Shown here: one piece after another, positions 44,233-46,063 of the stretch
Layout: each line of letters starts with the position of its first letter
How positions within the stretch are numbered: position 1 is the stretch's first letter
Assembly: GCA_964512835.1 (NCBI GenBank)
Contig: CAZELA010000002.1
Span: forward strand, 171,037-217,099
DNA length: 46,063 nt
Reading direction: 5' to 3'
From: an uncultured Candidatus Saccharibacteria bacterium
GTDB lineage: Bacteria; Patescibacteriota; Minisyncoccia; Phycocordibacterales; UBA2100
Notes under the pieces: model-generated
What the model saw: the letters and a program-made list of their open reading frames with translations, nothing else
What the model was told of the DNA's origin: nothing
The model's database searches: none
Made by a program: the position numbers and the translations under genes

Positions 44233-44559
44233 ATGGCCGACGAGGATCAGGATGTTGTATTTGTGCCCGAACCGGCGGCACCTTCGCCGGAACCTGCCGC
44301 CACTGAAGAGACGATCGAGCTTTCGCAGGATATCGAGCAGTTGCAGGAAATTAAGACCGACCTCCAGGACCTGAAGCATCTGACGGGTTCCAACAAAGCC
44401 TGGTTTTTGCGCGGCATATTGCAGGGGGCAGGGGCAATCATCGGCTCCATCGCCATGCTCATCCTCTTGGGATGGCTCCTGAGCATTCTGGGCGTTATTC
44501 CGGGGGCTTCCGAGCTCTCCGACTACATTCGCACCTACATGGACAAGGTGGGCAAGTAG
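44233..44559 (+). CDS. small membrane protein (DUF5665-like)
   Basis: Acidic N-terminus, then NKAWFLRGILQGAGAIIGSIAMLILLGWLLSILG TM hairpin. Confidence 0.55.
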   Translation: MADEDQDVVFVPEPAAPSPEPAATEETIELSQDIEQLQEIKTDLQDLKHLTGSNKAWFLRGILQGAGAIIGSIAMLILLGWLLSILGVIPGASELSDYIRTYMDKVGK

Positions 44560-44576
44560 CCTATACTCTTTTCAAT

Positions 44577-45308
44577 ATGCTTCGCGCAACGGCACTTCCG
44601 GCGATCGTCATGATATCGGTCCTGCTTTTGTGGATGTATTTTGGCGACTGGTCGTCCACACAGGCAACCAACACGAATACCGACGCATCAAACATGGCTG
44701 CCGCTGCCGCAAATCAGCTCTACAGCACGACAACGAGTTCCGGTTCGGACAGTTTCTCGCTCGAGGGAGGCGTATCCGGTGCGGTGCCGGTCACAGGAGG
44801 TACTAACAGCGTTACAAATAATGACAAAAAAGGTATGAAAGCTACGTTGCACACATCGATGGGCAATATCCAGATCGAATTTGATCAGGCTGCACCGAAC
44901 ACGGTGGAGAACTTTACCAAGCTTGCGAGCTCCGGCTTCTACAATGGCACGAAGTTCCATCGCGTGATCGCAGGATTCATGATCCAAGGCGGCGACCCGC
45001 TTACCAAAGACGACTCCAAGCAGTCCATGTGGGGCACCGGTGGCCCGGGCTACACATTTGCAGACGAGATTCACTCCGGTAACAGCAACAACGCCGGCAC
45101 GATCTCGATGGCAAACGCAGGACCGAACACCAACGGCAGTCAGTTCTTCATCAACGTCGCAGACAACAACTTCCTTGATACGAAACACACGGTGTTCGGT
45201 CACGTTGTTGCCGGAATGGACGTGGTTACCGCGATTGTTTCCGCAAAAACAGGCGCGCAGGATCGTCCGGTAGAGCCGATTGTGATCGAAAGCGTGACAC
45301 TCGAGTAA
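44577..45308 (+). CDS. peptidyl-prolyl cis-trans isomerase (cyclophilin type), membrane-anchored
   Basis: GFYNGTKFHRVIAGFMIQGGDP, ISMANAGPNTNGSQFFI, HTVFGHVV motifs; N-terminal TM. Confidence 0.92.
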   Translation: MLRATALPAIVMISVLLLWMYFGDWSSTQATNTNTDASNMAAAAANQLYSTTTSSGSDSFSLEGGVSGAVPVTGGTNSVTNNDKKGMKATLHTSMGNIQIEFDQAAPNTVENFTKLASSGFYNGTKFHRVIAGFMIQGGDPLTKDDSKQSMWGTGGPGYTFADEIHSGNSNNAGTISMANAGPNTNGSQFFINVADNNFLDTKHTVFGHVVAGMDVVTAIVSAKTGAQDRPVEPIVIESVTLE

Positions 45309-45325
45309 CGTGCATCGTTTGAAAC

Positions 45326-45357
45326 AAAAAACTCGCGCTCTGTGCGCGAGTTTTTTG
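45326..45357 (+). terminator. rho-independent terminator
   Basis: AAAAA-ACTCGCGC-TCTGT-GCGCGAGT-TTTTT. Confidence 0.8.
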
Positions 45358-45417
45358 TTAGCGATGCTGTGCGAGCGTTATTGCGAGCAGTCTTCATGCA
45401 TAAAATATAAAAATATC

Positions 45418-45426
45418 TGGTAGGAT
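45418..45426 (+). promoter_or_regulatory. extended -10 (TGgTAGGAT) 6 nt before ATG 45433; leaderless candidate
   Basis: Read directly; AT-rich tract upstream. Confidence 0.45.
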
Positions 45427-45432
45427 GCGCGC

Positions 45433-45978
45433 ATGAGCGAGGATCACAACATCGACTACACAGTAAAACGATCGCCGCGCGCCCGAACGATGCGTCTTGC
45501 GATCTACCCCGACGGTAATGTTGTCGTCACTGCGCCGAAATTCTTTGCGCTCCGTGCAATCGAAGACTTTGTTATGAAGCATTCGAGTTGGGTGCGAGCG
45601 CGTGTCGAAGAAACGCGCGGAAGAACGATCCTGCGCATCCGCCGCGCCGACATTCCCGGGCTCAAAAAGCAGGCAATGCAGCTTGCACAGGCGCGTGCCG
45701 AACATTTTGCCGCGTATTACGGCGTGACCTACAAAAAAATATCGGTCCGTGCGCAAAAAAGCCGCTGGGGCAGCTGCTCTGAGCATGGCAATTTGTCGTT
45801 CAACTACAAGATCGCAGTTCTAGACCCGCGATTGGCGGATTACATCGTGGCGCACGAGATCTGCCATATCCGACAGTTCGACCACTCGCACGCGTTTTGG
45901 GCGCTCGTGGCCGAGCAATTTCCCGACCATAAGGAGCTGCGCCTCAGACTGCGCAATACCGCCACGATATTCAGCTAA
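45433..45978 (+). CDS. M48/YgjP-like (DUF45) zinc metallopeptidase
   Basis: SRWGSCS and HEICHIRQFDHSHAFW (HExxH) motifs. Confidence 0.85.
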   Translation: MSEDHNIDYTVKRSPRARTMRLAIYPDGNVVVTAPKFFALRAIEDFVMKHSSWVRARVEETRGRTILRIRRADIPGLKKQAMQLAQARAEHFAAYYGVTYKKISVRAQKSRWGSCSEHGNLSFNYKIAVLDPRLADYIVAHEICHIRQFDHSHAFWALVAEQFPDHKELRLRLRNTATIFS

Positions 45979-45980
45979 CA

Positions 45981-46008
45981 AAAAAGCGCCGGGGCCCGGC
46001 GCTTTTTT
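45981..46008 (+). terminator. rho-independent terminator
   Basis: AAAAA-GCGCCGG-GGC-CCGGCGC-TTTTTT. Confidence 0.8.
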
Positions 46009-46063
46009 GTTTGGCGGCTCGCTAGCGTTTCCAGATTCTGACCGCCGTGATCCACACAAATTT

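Noticed and set aside
1-46063. CRISPR arrays, rRNA genes, transposases/integrases, reverse transcriptase/DGR
   Set aside because: I saw no regularly spaced repeats, no rRNA-like segments and no ORFs with DDE, tyrosine/serine recombinase or YxDD motifs. The only RNA gene found is tRNA-Gln.

Overview
This is a 46-kb chromosomal window with a roughly 58% GC background, judged from hand counts of 60-nt samples. It is densely packed with mostly plus-strand genes. Housekeeping genes include ftsE-ftsX, pyrG, typA/bipA, msrB, a cyclophilin and one tRNA-Gln(CUG). Cell-envelope genes are unusually numerous: two YkuD L,D-transpeptidases, an M23 peptidase, GH18, CAP, MliC, CapA, SanA, DsbA, and PG-binding/PKD proteins. 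There are also many small hypothetical proteins. The gene content resembles a small-genome uncultivated bacterium (Patescibacteria/CPR-like), but I cannot verify that here. The main find is a low-GC island of about 7 kb (about 30.5-37.7 kb; samples 37-48% GC). It carries a membrane-anchored DUF2726 nuclease-like gene, followed by an HKD/PLD-nuclease::SNF2-helicase fusion. That fusion is translationally coupled by an ATGA overlap to a 1051-aa PglX/Eco57I-like N6-adenine methyltransferase with a TaqI-like specificity domain. Together these look like a compact helicase-dependent R-M/DISARM-like defence module with no mobility genes. A second defence-like gene, an SRA/PUA-like reader fused to HNH, sits at 43.2 kb. 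Other sequence-level observations: about 15 plus-strand genes have a (TGn)TAnnnT -10 element exactly 6-7 nt before the ATG, suggesting leaderless mRNAs. In contrast, 7 of 8 minus-strand genes carry strong Shine-Dalgarno sites. There is a repeat- and hairpin-rich spacer with tRNA-Gln fragments, a perfect 14-bp inverted repeat around a terminator, and an unlisted 54-aa ORF. No CRISPR array, rRNA, transposase or integrase was seen.
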